This document shows positions 35,450-45,408 of a stretch of 45,564 bases of DNA, piece after piece. The stretch covers positions 1-45,564 of the IMG/VR virus record IMGVR_UViG_3300042196_000036. One strand, given 5' to 3'. The position numbers and the translations under genes were made by a program. Numbering within the stretch: position 1 is the first letter of the stretch; every line of letters starts with the position of its first letter. The notes beneath the pieces are model-generated. The model saw only the letters and a program-made list of their open reading frames with translations, searched no databases and was not told the DNA's origin. This DNA is from a virus (lineage: Duplodnaviria > Caudoviricetes).

Positions 35450-36121
35450 ATGATGCAACGACAGAGCAGGGAAATGCAAGCGTTACAAGACATGGAGGAG
35501 ATGAACAGCCTCCCGTTCGACGCCATCCCGCCATGCAAGGACGGGTTTCGAAAGACGCTCGACTTCATCCGCGACAGCTACGCAAAGTACGCGGAGGTTG
35601 GCATTCGGCCGTCCGCGTATTTCATCGACTGGGTTCCTCTCTTCACTCCAATCGAGAGCGCTGCATGGGGGGCAATCCGATACACGGGCCTGCCGATGCT
35701 TCCGCAGTACCCGATCGGACCGTATTTCGCTGATTTTGCAGACCCTGATGCAAAGATCGTTCTTGAGTGCGACGGTCGACAGTTCCATCAAGACAAGGAC
35801 CGCGACGCAGCCAGGGATCGATTCATGGTGGCGCGTGGGTGGTCCGTCTACCGCGTCACCGGACGAGAGTGCATGGCCGAAGAGATTGACTGGGAAGCGA
35901 TCTCGTATCTTCGCGCAGACCATGAGCCTGACGAGGCCGGACGCATCGTCATGAACTGGCTTCTGGGGTCAGTAGAGGGCGTTATTTCCGCGATCGGCGT
36001 GGCGCACTACGGGAAGGAGATCAAGTCGGCAGATCCGTTAATCATCGAGGAAACATTGCGTCGACATGCCTCGACCGGAAGGCCATCGAGCCGCGACTGC
36101 CTTGGGTTCGGGGGAGCGTGA
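35450..36121 (+). CDS. DUF559/Vsr-like endonuclease domain protein
   Basis: TPIE--AW, QYPIGPY-ADF, VLECDG-QFH, D--RD-----GW-VYR-TG. Confidence 0.85.
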   Translation: MMQRQSREMQALQDMEEMNSLPFDAIPPCKDGFRKTLDFIRDSYAKYAEVGIRPSAYFIDWVPLFTPIESAAWGAIRYTGLPMLPQYPIGPYFADFADPDAKIVLECDGRQFHQDKDRDAARDRFMVARGWSVYRVTGRECMAEEIDWEAISYLRADHEPDEAGRIVMNWLLGSVEGVISAIGVAHYGKEIKSADPLIIEETLRRHASTGRPSSRDCLGFGGA

Positions 36122-37113
36122 TGGCAGCCCAAGCAAAGGTAATCCGCATGGACGAACACAGAGCACCCGGACCGCAGCTGGAGGACGGGCACGTCAGGAT
36201 AGCCAACGAGCTGTACGACGCAATCCTGGCCAAGGTCCATTCCCTGCGCCACCTAAAGGTCGCGCTCGCCATCATCCGCAAGACCTACGGCTATAGCAAA
36301 AAAGAGGACGACATCACGATCTCGCAGATCGCCGAAGTCTCTGGAATCCACCGCAACAACGTCGGCACGGCGCTGCGCGAACTAGAGGAAATGCGGATCG
36401 TTAACCCGGTTCGAGCGGGCCGCCACGGGCTGATGATCGGGATCAACAAGCACCATAGCCAGTGGCTCTCTGATGTCGTGAAGCCTAGGGGGCCGGGGCG
36501 CAAGGCAATCAAATTGATTGAGGAGAGCACAGGCAATCAAACCGTTGCGCAAGGGCAATCAAAACGTTGCATTGAGGCTATCAATTTGATTGAAACCAGC
36601 AATCAACTTGTTGCACACAATAACCAACCCCAACAACCAACCCCAACAGACAACTCCAACAGTTGCGCTGTCGCTTCACTTCCTGCTGTCGCTGACGCGC
36701 CAGCCGCCCCTGCAAAACGCGCCACCGGGAAGGCGCATAGCGACGATGCAGACACCGCCCTGCAGCTCGCATGCCGTGAGACGTGGGGCGCGTACTGCAG
36801 CGCCTACGCTACCCGCTACGGAGTCGATCCGATCCGCAATGCGCGAGTGAGCGGCCAGGTCAAGCAGTTCGTGAAGCGCATCGGGCACGACGAGTCGCCG
36901 CAGATTTCAGCGTGGTTCGTGGGGCACCCTGGCAGGTACTACGTGCAAGAGATGCACAGCGTCGGGGCGCTGCTGAAGGACGCCGAAAAGCTGCGAACCG
37001 AATGGGCGACGGGACGGATCGTGACGTCCACCGCGGCAGGGCAGTCCGATCGCCGCTGCGCGATGGCGTCTGCGGTTCATAGCCTGCTCGCCGAGTGCGG
37101 GGGTGAGGCATGA
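36121..37113 (+). CDS. Replication initiator (lambda O-like)
   Basis: LEDG--RIANEL, AI-RKTYG--KK-D-I---Q, INK---QW; internal iterons. Confidence 0.9.
   Translation: MAAQAKVIRMDEHRAPGPQLEDGHVRIANELYDAILAKVHSLRHLKVALAIIRKTYGYSKKEDDITISQIAEVSGIHRNNVGTALRELEEMRIVNPVRAGRHGLMIGINKHHSQWLSDVVKPRGPGRKAIKLIEESTGNQTVAQGQSKRCIEAINLIETSNQLVAHNNQPQQPTPTDNSNSCAVASLPAVADAPAAPAKRATGKAHSDDADTALQLACRETWGAYCSAYATRYGVDPIRNARVSGQVKQFVKRIGHDESPQISAWFVGHPGRYYVQEMHSVGALLKDAEKLRTEWATGRIVTSTAAGQSDRRCAMASAVHSLLAECGGEA
36505..36660 (+). repeat. Replication origin: five iterons plus a downstream A/C-rich tract
   Basis: GCWATCAA at 36505, 36533, 36555, 36577, 36599 (spacing 28, 22, 22, 22). Confidence 0.85.
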
Positions 37114-37907
37114 ACCCAAGGGTCATCAAAGCCATTGCTGTAACCGCTGAGCTGACTGGCTCGGAACTCTCGGAGACGGCGATCCGGGTAATGGAATCGG
37201 ATCTGTCTGCTTACCCTGAGGATGCTTCGCTTCGCGCGCTGGACCGCTGCCGAAAGGAATTGAAAGGCCGGCTGACGCTCGCCGCAGTGCTCGAGCGCGT
37301 GACCGAGTGCGACGGAAGGCCGGGCAAGGAAGAGGCTTGGTCGATTGCGCTGGCATCGAGCGACGAGGCGGAAACCGTCGTCTGGACCGACGAGATTGCG
37401 CAGGCGATGGCTGTTGCTCAGCCGCTGCTCGATGTCCGGGACAAAGTTGCTGCGCGGATGTCGTTCTGCGAGAAGTATGAAGCACTGGTGCGTGATGCGC
37501 GCGAGGCTAAGACTGCGTGCCGATGGAGTGCGTCCATTGGCACGGATTCTGATCGCCGATCTGTTGCGCTGTCGGTCGCCGTCGCGATCGGACGCATTGA
37601 GCACAAGTCGGTTGCGCGCCTGCTGCCAGGCCCTGAATCGGCGAATGTTGTTGCCGGCCTGATCGGTCGGCAGGACGTAAGGCTTCTCGCCGATATCCCG
37701 GAAGACTACAAGTCCGCTGCCGAGCGGGGCATTCGCGCCTTGCGTGAGCACCTTTCGAAGAGCGATCAGGCGGCACAGCGCGTGCGCACCGAGTGGCAGA
37801 AGGCGGAGAGTCTGAGAGAAGCCGAAATCGAGCAACGCAGGGCGGAGGCGCGCCGGATTCTTGAGGAGGCCCGAAAATGCAATGCGGAATCTGCGGGGGA
37901 TCGATGA
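37110..37907 (+). CDS. Replication protein P-like / helicase-loader candidate
   Basis: Directly after O; AL-RCR-E--GRLT-A, GRPG-EEAW. Confidence 0.65.
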   Translation: MNPRVIKAIAVTAELTGSELSETAIRVMESDLSAYPEDASLRALDRCRKELKGRLTLAAVLERVTECDGRPGKEEAWSIALASSDEAETVVWTDEIAQAMAVAQPLLDVRDKVAARMSFCEKYEALVRDAREAKTACRWSASIGTDSDRRSVALSVAVAIGRIEHKSVARLLPGPESANVVAGLIGRQDVRLLADIPEDYKSAAERGIRALREHLSKSDQAAQRVRTEWQKAESLREAEIEQRRAEARRILEEARKCNAESAGDR

Positions 37908-38068
37908 AGGTGACGAAGGTGGCGCACACGCCGGGCTTTGTCCGCCGTCGCCGCAAGTGCCAGTCGTGCGGGAAGGCATGGACGACGCGAGAATTCTTCG
38001 ACGGCGCATGGCTGCAAGAGGGTGGCGTCGTAATGCCGAACAGCGGGGGCGTTGATGCGAATGGATGA
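37877..38068 (+). CDS. Small zinc-ribbon protein
   Basis: CxxC...RRRxCxxC..WTT-E; SD GAGGAGG. Confidence 0.65.
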   Translation: MQCGICGGSMKVTKVAHTPGFVRRRRKCQSCGKAWTTREFFDGAWLQEGGVVMPNSGGVDANG

Positions 38069-38252
38069 CCAGCACCGACACGACTGCGAGACACGCTGGT
38101 GCGTGCAGAGCTTCTACCCGGACGGCGTTCGCATGGCGGCGCATCTGTCACGAGTCGAGACGCGCAGAGGAAAGCCGGCAGCCGAGAGGTTGAGGGCGGA
38201 CGTGCGGGAAGCATGGCGCGCGGAGATGGCATCGGCAAAGGAGGCGTCGTGA
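38061..38252 (+). CDS. Hypothetical phage protein
   Basis: RH-CE-R...VE--RG--AA--LR-D. Confidence 0.6.
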   Translation: MDDQHRHDCETRWCVQSFYPDGVRMAAHLSRVETRRGKPAAERLRADVREAWRAEMASAKEAS

Positions 38253-38461
38253 GCAAAATCATCATCCAGAACGACTCGTCACGCAGCGACATCCAGGCGC
38301 TGCAGTACGTGATTTCTGTAATCCGACCGGGAAGGATCAGCGACGACGGGAAGGCGTACCCGTTCGCGAACACGTTCCTCGATGGCGTGGTCGTCTATGC
38401 CACTCGGAATTACAAGTCCGACAAGTTCGTGGTGCAGGACTGCATAGCGGTGCCGACATGA
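38249..38461 (+). CDS. Hypothetical protein
   Basis: SD AAGGAGG; GTGA coupling. Confidence 0.6.
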   Translation: MSKIIIQNDSSRSDIQALQYVISVIRPGRISDDGKAYPFANTFLDGVVVYATRNYKSDKFVVQDCIAVPT

Positions 38462-39033
38462 CGATCTCCGCCGAACGACAGCCACGGCCGCGCAAGTGCA
38501 AGTCGCCTGCGTGCCGCGCTGCGTTCGTGCCTGCTCGGCCGCTGCAGGCCGCATGCAGCCCGCAATGTGCATTGGACATGGCACGGCATAGGCGAGAGAA
38601 AGAAACGGCGCTGGTGGCCCGCAAAGAGCGCGCAGAGGCCAAGCAGAAACTGAAGCGCCGGGCCGATTACGTGCGCGAGGCGCAGCAGGCCGTGAATGCC
38701 TACGTGCGGGCGCGCGATGCGGATCTTCCGTGCATCTCGTGCGGACGTTGGCACGACGGGCAATGGCACGCCGGACACTACCTCTCGACCGGCGCGCGGC
38801 CGAACCTGCGCTTCGACGAGCAGAACATCCACAAGCAGTGCCAGCCGTGCAATACGCACCTGTCGGGGAATCTGGTGAATTACCGGCGCCGGCTTATCGA
38901 GAAGATCGGGATTGACGCGGTGGAGGGGTTGGAGGCGGACCAAACCTCGCGCAAATGGTCGATCGATGATCTGGTCGATATCCGCCGGCAGTACGTCGAG
39001 AAGAGAAAGACGATTATGGGGGGATCGGCATGA
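38458..39033 (+). CDS. ninG: NinG/Rap-family recombination endonuclease
   Basis: AQ-A-N-Y-R-RD-D-PCISCG, WHAGHY, LRF-E-N-H-QC--CN-HLSGN. Confidence 0.93.
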   Translation: MTISAERQPRPRKCKSPACRAAFVPARPLQAACSPQCALDMARHRREKETALVARKERAEAKQKLKRRADYVREAQQAVNAYVRARDADLPCISCGRWHDGQWHAGHYLSTGARPNLRFDEQNIHKQCQPCNTHLSGNLVNYRRRLIEKIGIDAVEGLEADQTSRKWSIDDLVDIRRQYVEKRKTIMGGSA

Positions 39034-42000
39034 GCACGCACACCGTGAAAATCGAGGTCGTCGGCATGTACCCGCACGGCGAGAAGCAGCACGCGTCCGT
39101 ATCGGTGTCTGGATGCGGGGACCTTGATCACATGCTCGACACCTTCGCGGCCGCGCTGGTCGCCGCAGGGTTCTCGGCGGACACGGCATCACGGTTGGGG
39201 TTGATCGAGCAATGACCGACGACGACATCATCGAGTGGTTCGAGGAGCTCGCGGCCGTCCGCGAACACGATCACCGGATTCCGCGGCGCAATGCCGAGTC
39301 GATCGCACTACGGATCATCAGCGAGAAGTACGGACAAGGCGCGGCGAAGGTCGCACACCGGCACGCGGAAGTGCGGCGCGCAAAAGGGGAAGGCGAATGA
39401 GAAAAGTGATCGTAAGCAAGCTCGTGAAAATAGACATCCCACACTCGTGCAGGTTTGAGTGGGTACAGGAGCAAAAAGGGGAGGCCCTGTTCCACCAGTT
39501 CGGCGTCGCCTTCGAGGAATTCGATACATGGGGAGGGAACTACTCTACGGCGATTGTCGAGTGGCCTGACGGACAACTGGAAAACGTGCCGGTAGAGCGC
39601 GTGAAGTTTGTCGATCCAATCGGCAGAGGGGACGACGAATGAGCGGCTTTACACGCGAACAGAGGTACGTCGTTCTCAAGGTCAAGGACATCCGCGCATA
39701 CCTGAGCGATGACCAGATCGGGGCTTTGCAAAAGGCCGGAGAAGCCATCGAAGCAGGCCGAGAGATTGACGGTAAGGCGCCGTTTCGCGCTGTCGTGGTC
39801 GAGCAGGACTGGCCCGAGTTCGTTGATACCTGGGCAGCGATCGAGGCGCGAGATCCGCGAGGATGTTGTTACGCGCGGACCACTGCAGAGCAAGAAGTTC
39901 GGACGTGCGGACGCGCGCGAGTGGCGGTTGATGGGGCGATTGCCATCCTGACGCCTGTGCGGGACTGCTGCGGAACGTTCCCCGGCAGTCATCACCGGAG
40001 CACATGTCCGAAGTATCGCGGGAAGTTTAAGCCGAAATAATAGTCATTGTTTGGGGGATGCCATGAGCGCACTAGTGTTGCACGTAAATCTTGATTCTGG
40101 TGGGCGGCACTCTGTGTCGCTCGGCGGACACCCTGCCTTCACGACGCGGATCGCTGGACCGAAGGCATCAGGTCTCACCAAATCAATATTGACGTTTTAC
40201 CCGGATATCGAGGAAATGAAGAAGGTCATTGACGATCACGACGGGTGGTCATCGTACCGCGCTGAGATTGATCGGCTGAACGCGGTAATGCTTGCGACGG
40301 CGGAGATCCTCGAACGCGACGGAGATAAGAATCACCTCGGCGGAATGCTTCGGTGTGCGATGACGCAACAAGTGCCCAATCTAGAGCAGGCAACGGATGA
40401 TCAATGACGTGAAGCCCGATGTAATCAACGTGGCCTGCATCGTCCTACCCGATGGCCAGACGATATGGATAGAAGACCCGACGAGTGAGCACGTTAATGC
40501 CCATGTCCGGCTGTGGCGGGGATTGCTGCCGCAGTTTCTGAAGGACAGATACGAGGCCGCAAAGGTGGATTGTGGTGTCGTCAGTCTCCGGATGCTGCGC
40601 GACGATTATTTACGGGTGCTGAAGGAACAACCATGAACCGTGATCGACCGGAGTGGGTCCGTTGCGTAGGGTTCGGAGACGCAAAAATAACGGACGAAAA
40701 AAAGACATGGTGCGGTCGACCTGAAGAACCGTTTTTCATAGACCCGCTCCACGCTGCGTTAACCGGACGAAACGAAGGCCGGATTGTCGCCTGCCGTGAA
40801 TGCGTAGAAGCGATATGCCGCGCGCTGTGGAATGGGCATGACGACCCGGAATATCTACAGCAGGAGAAAGGCGAATGACGGACGACGAATTTATCTCGCA
40901 CATGCGAGCCCGGATCAACATGGCCTATGCGGACCAGATCGGAACCGAGTCATGGGAGCGCAAGAGGGTGTTGGCGATCATTGATCGCCTACATGGCGAG
41001 ACCGCTCAACTGAAGTCGTTGCTGGCTTGCGGAAAGGAAAACGGAAATGACTGACACGAATGCACGGGTCTCCAATGAGCACGGTTCTTCAAACGATGAA
41101 TATTCAGATGACAACTGGGCTCACCTGGCGCTTTTGCTGATGGACGAAGCGGACGCATTGGTGCGGTTTGCTTCTGTGTGCATGCCTGATGGGGCTAAGT
41201 ACTCTAAGGCCGCAAATGCGTTTTGGGACGTGTGCAAGCTGCTGGCAGAAGAACGGGAACGACTCCACACCCCATTGCGTAGCGAGGAAAACGGAAATGA
41301 CTGACACCAATTCACGGCTCGCGGAACTCGAGCAGAAGATCCGATCCATCGAGGAACTCGCGGCGTACTGCCTGCGGGGCAACGAGCAGTACCACACGAC
41401 GATGGTCAAGATTCATGCGCTGGTGGGCGACGGACGGAAATGATCAACGCCATCCTATTGCTGAAAATGGAGGCGCAGTGCAGGAGACGCATGACGACGC
41501 CGAACGCGCACACCATCACTGAGCATGCCGCCAAGGAAAATGCCAAGCTGGCCGACGAGTACGAGTTCGCAGCCGAGGCCCTGCGCAAGCTGCACAACGA
41601 GGGATTCGGCGAAGGGGTAATGGCTGGGCTGAAATCGCTCGCGGAAAGCTGCAAGGCACGACGCGAAGCGAAATCCGAGACGCTGGAACGGATCGACGGG
41701 GCGACGAGATGAGTGGATCCGATATGGAGGCCGTCATCGACACGATACGCAATGCAGCCCGACTGCAACGCGAGAACGTCGAATTGCGCGATGCGCTCGA
41801 TTGGTACGCACAGTCCTCGAACTGGCGTCGCGAGGTACGCGCCGTCGGCGGAAAACGCGTGAAGTGGGTCAAAAGTCCGGCCGCATTCGACCGTGGGGCG
41901 CGCGCGAAATTCGTGATTCTGACGCTGGAAGGCGCTAGATGACCCCGACCTGGCAAGGCGAGATGCAGCTAGCCGGGTGGGCCGAGTCCCACACGTCCGG

Positions 42001-42409
42001 CGCGAAGCTGACTTTCTGGCTGCCGGAATCCGCCGACCTGGAAGTTTTCCGGGGCATGACCGCGCGCAAGGGGCATCGGGCCGGGCAGCGGTTCGCGGTG
42101 GTGCTGGTCGAGATAGGCGAGGATGAGTTACCGGTTCCGACGCCGGTCGTTCAGGAGCCGACAGCTCCCGCGCCAAAGCCCAAGGGCGGCGAACTCGCGC
42201 GCCTCGCCGGCCGATGGTGCGGTGACGAGATGTTCCGGCACTGGATCGATTCAGATAACGCGGAAACGGCAGCGCAGTACATTCGGACGATGTGCGGGGT
42301 GAAGAGCCGAGCCGAACTGGATCACAACGCCGAGGCCGCGCAGAACTTTCACCGGTATTTCAGGGAGCCATTCATCCGTTACTGCAGAGACGCGGGGATT
42401 GAGCTGTGA
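39030..42409 (+). other. nin-like region: run of about 13 small, mostly coupled hypothetical ORFs (39030, 39212, 39397, 39639, ~40063, 40397, 40633, 40875, 41047, 41297, 41440, 41709, 41939)
   Basis: Successive ATGA-type overlaps with SD sequences; no family recognised. Confidence 0.65.
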
Positions 42410-42566
42410 ATGATTTCTACAAGCGACTGATGGCCTCTAGGCTCGCGAACGATACGCGCTACTGCACGCAGTGCCGATGCCAGCGGCCGAGGAAGGGCGG
42501 GCGGGAGATTGCGTTCAACGACGGACGGAACGCGAGATGGGTGTGCGGACTTCACAGGGGCATGGC

Positions 42567-42932
42567 ATGACACTAGACGAACTGCTGTCCGATTATTGGG
42601 ACGCCGCCTACGCGGAGGGGGTGGAAGGCCGCGCCCACGACACGCCAGATGGGGTGGCGCAGAAGACGCTCAATGCAATCCATGAAGAGGTTCGAAGATT
42701 GGTCGCTGAAGGGCGCGAACATACATGGCAGCCGATTGAGACGGCACCAAGAGACGAGTCCGTAATTCTGCTTGGCTACATCCCGCATCCGCGCATTGAA
42801 GGATCTCGCCGTGTCTATGAGGGCCGATGGAACGATGAGCAGCAGACGTGGACCAGCGTCAATGGGTTTCTTCTTCACACGGAAGCAACGCACTGGATGC
42901 CGCTGCCCGATCCGCCCAAGGATTGCGAATGA
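42567..42932 (+). CDS. DUF551-like (Ea/Eaa-type) protein
   Basis: WQPIETAPRD...THWMPLP-PP. Confidence 0.85.
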   Translation: MTLDELLSDYWDAAYAEGVEGRAHDTPDGVAQKTLNAIHEEVRRLVAEGREHTWQPIETAPRDESVILLGYIPHPRIEGSRRVYEGRWNDEQQTWTSVNGFLLHTEATHWMPLPDPPKDCE

Positions 42933-43594
42933 CCTACGGCTGCCCTACTGATGACCCGACCGCATGGCGCGGCAGGCCGACCGAGCAGTGGATGCAGAAA
43001 GGGTGGAGGTATCTGCATCGCGGCGACGTCGTCACGCGCGAGCCGGTGATGGTCAGGATCCGCACGGACTGGAATCTGATCAGGTGCGGGCGGCTTGAGC
43101 AGCCTGGATATACGGACACAGGGTGCGCAGGGTGTGCGCTCGATAACAAGGAGGATTCGAAATGAGAGACGAAAACGGAACGAAGTGGCTGCCGCCGGCA
43201 AGACTGATCGAGTTTCTGGGCATGCTGCCGGCGGACAGCCGGGTAATGACGAACGCGGTTGGGAGCCTGACCGTGCTTTGTTCGAACGGCCAGAGATACC
43301 TTGCATACATCGACTTTGGAGGGAATGGCGAGATTGCGCTTGTTTCGGATGTGCCGACGTCGATCAAAAAGGACGACGATGGCATTGCCAGCTGAGCAAT
43401 ACCAAGACCCTGCCAAATGGCTAGTCATCAAGGGACAGGATTGCACGCACTGCCGCAGTATCGATGTCATCGAGTGGTGCGGCGTCCGGGTGGTCTCGTG
43501 CGGCAACGAGCAGGCGCCGAGATCGCGCAGGAGCCATGCGCCTGCGTGTCGATGCCATCTCTACCGACACAAAGGGGCGCCGGATGCAACGTGA
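42929..43594 (+). other. Three small hypothetical ORFs (42929-43165, 43162-43395, 43379-43594), two of them Cys-rich
   Basis: Overlapping start/stop coupling. Confidence 0.55.
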
Positions 43595-43946
43595 GGACAT
43601 CGATGCACTGAAGCGGCGTGTGGATGCGCTTGTCCAGATCATGCAGGAGTGGGCAAGATGGCAGGCCGGATACAGGATGCAACTCGGCTACCCGTCGCAT
43701 AGTGCAGGCATGGGTGGAGGCGGTGTGCGATCGTTCGATGACATGTGCGACAGCGTGGACGCGGAGACCATGCGGACTGTCGATGGCGTCATCCAGGAAG
43801 ACCTGACGCCGATCGAGCGGGCGGCTATCCTGCGCAGGTACGGGGTCGCGGCCGTGTTCCGGTTCCGGGACTACGAGGGAGTGCTTGCTCAGGCGCATGA
43901 TCGGCTGTTCGTGATCCTGCCGCGCAAGGGCGTGATGATTTTTTAG
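43584..43946 (+). CDS. Q-like late antiterminator/activator
   Basis: L--W-RW...LGYP, then VD-VI--L---ERAAI-RRY; position at the end of nin, upstream of a pR'-like promoter. Confidence 0.7.
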   Translation: MQREDIDALKRRVDALVQIMQEWARWQAGYRMQLGYPSHSAGMGGGGVRSFDDMCDSVDAETMRTVDGVIQEDLTPIERAAILRRYGVAAVFRFRDYEGVLAQAHDRLFVILPRKGVMIF

Positions 43947-43952
43947 GAGCTG

Positions 43953-44291
43953 GTGGAGACGATGCCAAAGCCGGATAATTTCTTTGAAAGACTGACTTCT
44001 TTTAGCGGTCCTGTGTGCTTTACGGCGGAGACGCTGAAAGAACGCACGTTCCTGATAGACGGCCTGCGACTGCAGGGCGACGGCATCGGGGTGGAGCTGC
44101 TAGATGAAGGCGGCGCAGAATGCGAATTCTTCGTGAGCATTGACGATCTGGTAGATGGCTTCGAAGGCTGCATTATTTATTCAGACCCTAAGTCCGCTGC
44201 GGAATATAAGGACGAAACGCTTGATGCGCTAAGAAAGGCGATTGAGCGCATAGAGCGGATGGAGCCGGGGAAATGCAGCAAAATATATTGA
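43953..44291 (+). CDS. Hypothetical acidic protein
   Basis: SD AGGAG/GGAG; visibly lower GC. Confidence 0.6.
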   Translation: METMPKPDNFFERLTSFSGPVCFTAETLKERTFLIDGLRLQGDGIGVELLDEGGAECEFFVSIDDLVDGFEGCIIYSDPKSAAEYKDETLDALRKAIERIERMEPGKCSKIY

Positions 44292-44317
44292 CAGTTGATA
44301 TCAAGATGAGCTAACGT
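44288..44317 (+). promoter_or_regulatory. pR'-like late promoter
   Basis: TTGACA-N18-TAACGT; palindrome TTGATATCAA in the spacer; terminator ~35 nt downstream. Confidence 0.7.
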
Positions 44318-44351
44318 CCAGCGCGTGGGGGAAGTTGCCTCCAAAATTATT

Positions 44352-44385
44352 CGGTCACTCGAAAGAGTCGCCGGCTTTTTGCTTT
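44352..44385 (+). terminator. tR'-like terminator
   Basis: CGGT-C-ACTC-GAAA-GAGT-C-GCCG then GCTTTTTGCTTT. Confidence 0.6.
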
Positions 44386-44390
44386 AAGTT

Positions 44391-44517
44391 GGTGAGTGCG
44401 CAGAGTGCACGCCGTGGTTCAGCGTGCGCGACGGGAGTTGATAGCCCTATAAAGCGCAGTCTTGCTCGGCCCGCTGAGGCATACAGGACGCTGGTTCGAA
44501 TCCAGATCGCACCGCCA
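44391..44517 (+). ncRNA. tRNA-like structured RNA without a canonical anticodon arm
   Basis: GGTG...CACC-G-CCA ends, T-arm CTGG-TTCGAAT-CCAG, additional internal helices. Confidence 0.6.
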
Positions 44518-44578
44518 ACGCCTATAAGCGCCTCGCCATCTCCGGATCGCGGGGCGCGTTGCTTTGTGCGTGAGGCAG

Positions 44579-44875
44579 ATGACAGAGCGCAAACGATCCG
44601 GGCACGCGTGGCAGAAGATCCGGAGCCGCATCCTGTACAGGGATAGCGGGCTGTGCCAAGAGTGTCTGCGCCGGGGCCTCGTGACAGCGGGCGTTGAAGT
44701 CGATCACATCCTGCCAGTCCATAAGGGCGGCACGGATGAGGATGACAACCTGCAAGCGCTCTGCCGCGAGTGCCATGAGAGCAAGACCCGCACGGACCTC
44801 GGGCAGCGCGACAGGCCTGACACGGGGCTGGATGGGTGGCCTGTGACGCACACGGGGGGCGGGCGGAATCTCTGA
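44579..44875 (+). CDS. HNH endonuclease (packaging-associated, HK97 gp74-like)
   Basis: W-KIR--IL-RD-GLCQEC, VDHI-P--KGG, NLQ-LC--CH--KT; adjacent to terS. Confidence 0.93.
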   Translation: MTERKRSGHAWQKIRSRILYRDSGLCQECLRRGLVTAGVEVDHILPVHKGGTDEDDNLQALCRECHESKTRTDLGQRDRPDTGLDGWPVTHTGGGRNL

Positions 44876-44934
44876 AGGCTTCGACCACAGAACCGTTCGC
44901 CAAGAGTCTTTTTAACGCTAACCGATAAAACGCC

Positions 44935-45408
44935 ATGAAACGCACGCGCTCCGATTCCGCTGCTGCAGCGATTCGGGCCGCCCAAGTTGCGTCCTCTGCG
45001 CCGATCGACCCGCCCGCTCACGTGAATCTCCGAGATGGCGATCGACCGTTTTGGGATGCCGTCATTTGTGCGCGCGCGCGGGATTCATGGAACGATTCTG
45101 ACCTTGCGACTGCTGCAAATCTGGCGCGGTGTAAAGCAGATATCGAGAGAGTACAGCGGGAAATTGACGAGGAAGGCGACACGCTCGTCAATGATCGCGG
45201 GACGGTCGTTCTGAACCCGAAGCACTCCTTGATCGAGGTTCTATCCCGCAGGGCAATGGCGCTATCCCGCATGCTGCACGTCCACGCCGAGGCCACGGTC
45301 GGCAAGAGCGAGGACTCGAGCAAGTCGCTTGGCGCGGAGAAGAAGGCCAAGGCCGCGCAGTCTGCTGCGGATGACGATCTGATCCCGCGACTGTACGCGG
45401 CGAAATAA
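44935..45408 (+). CDS. terS: Terminase small subunit
   Basis: PP-H--L...FW, EG----N-RG----NP motifs; TAATG overlap with terL. Confidence 0.85.
   Translation: MKRTRSDSAAAAIRAAQVASSAPIDPPAHVNLRDGDRPFWDAVICARARDSWNDSDLATAANLARCKADIERVQREIDEEGDTLVNDRGTVVLNPKHSLIEVLSRRAMALSRMLHVHAEATVGKSEDSSKSLGAEKKAKAAQSAADDDLIPRLYAAK

Noticed and set aside
44295-44304. FNR box in the late promoter
   Set aside because: TTGATATCAA lacks the 4-bp spacer of TTGAT-N4-ATCAA; treated only as a possible Q-binding palindrome.
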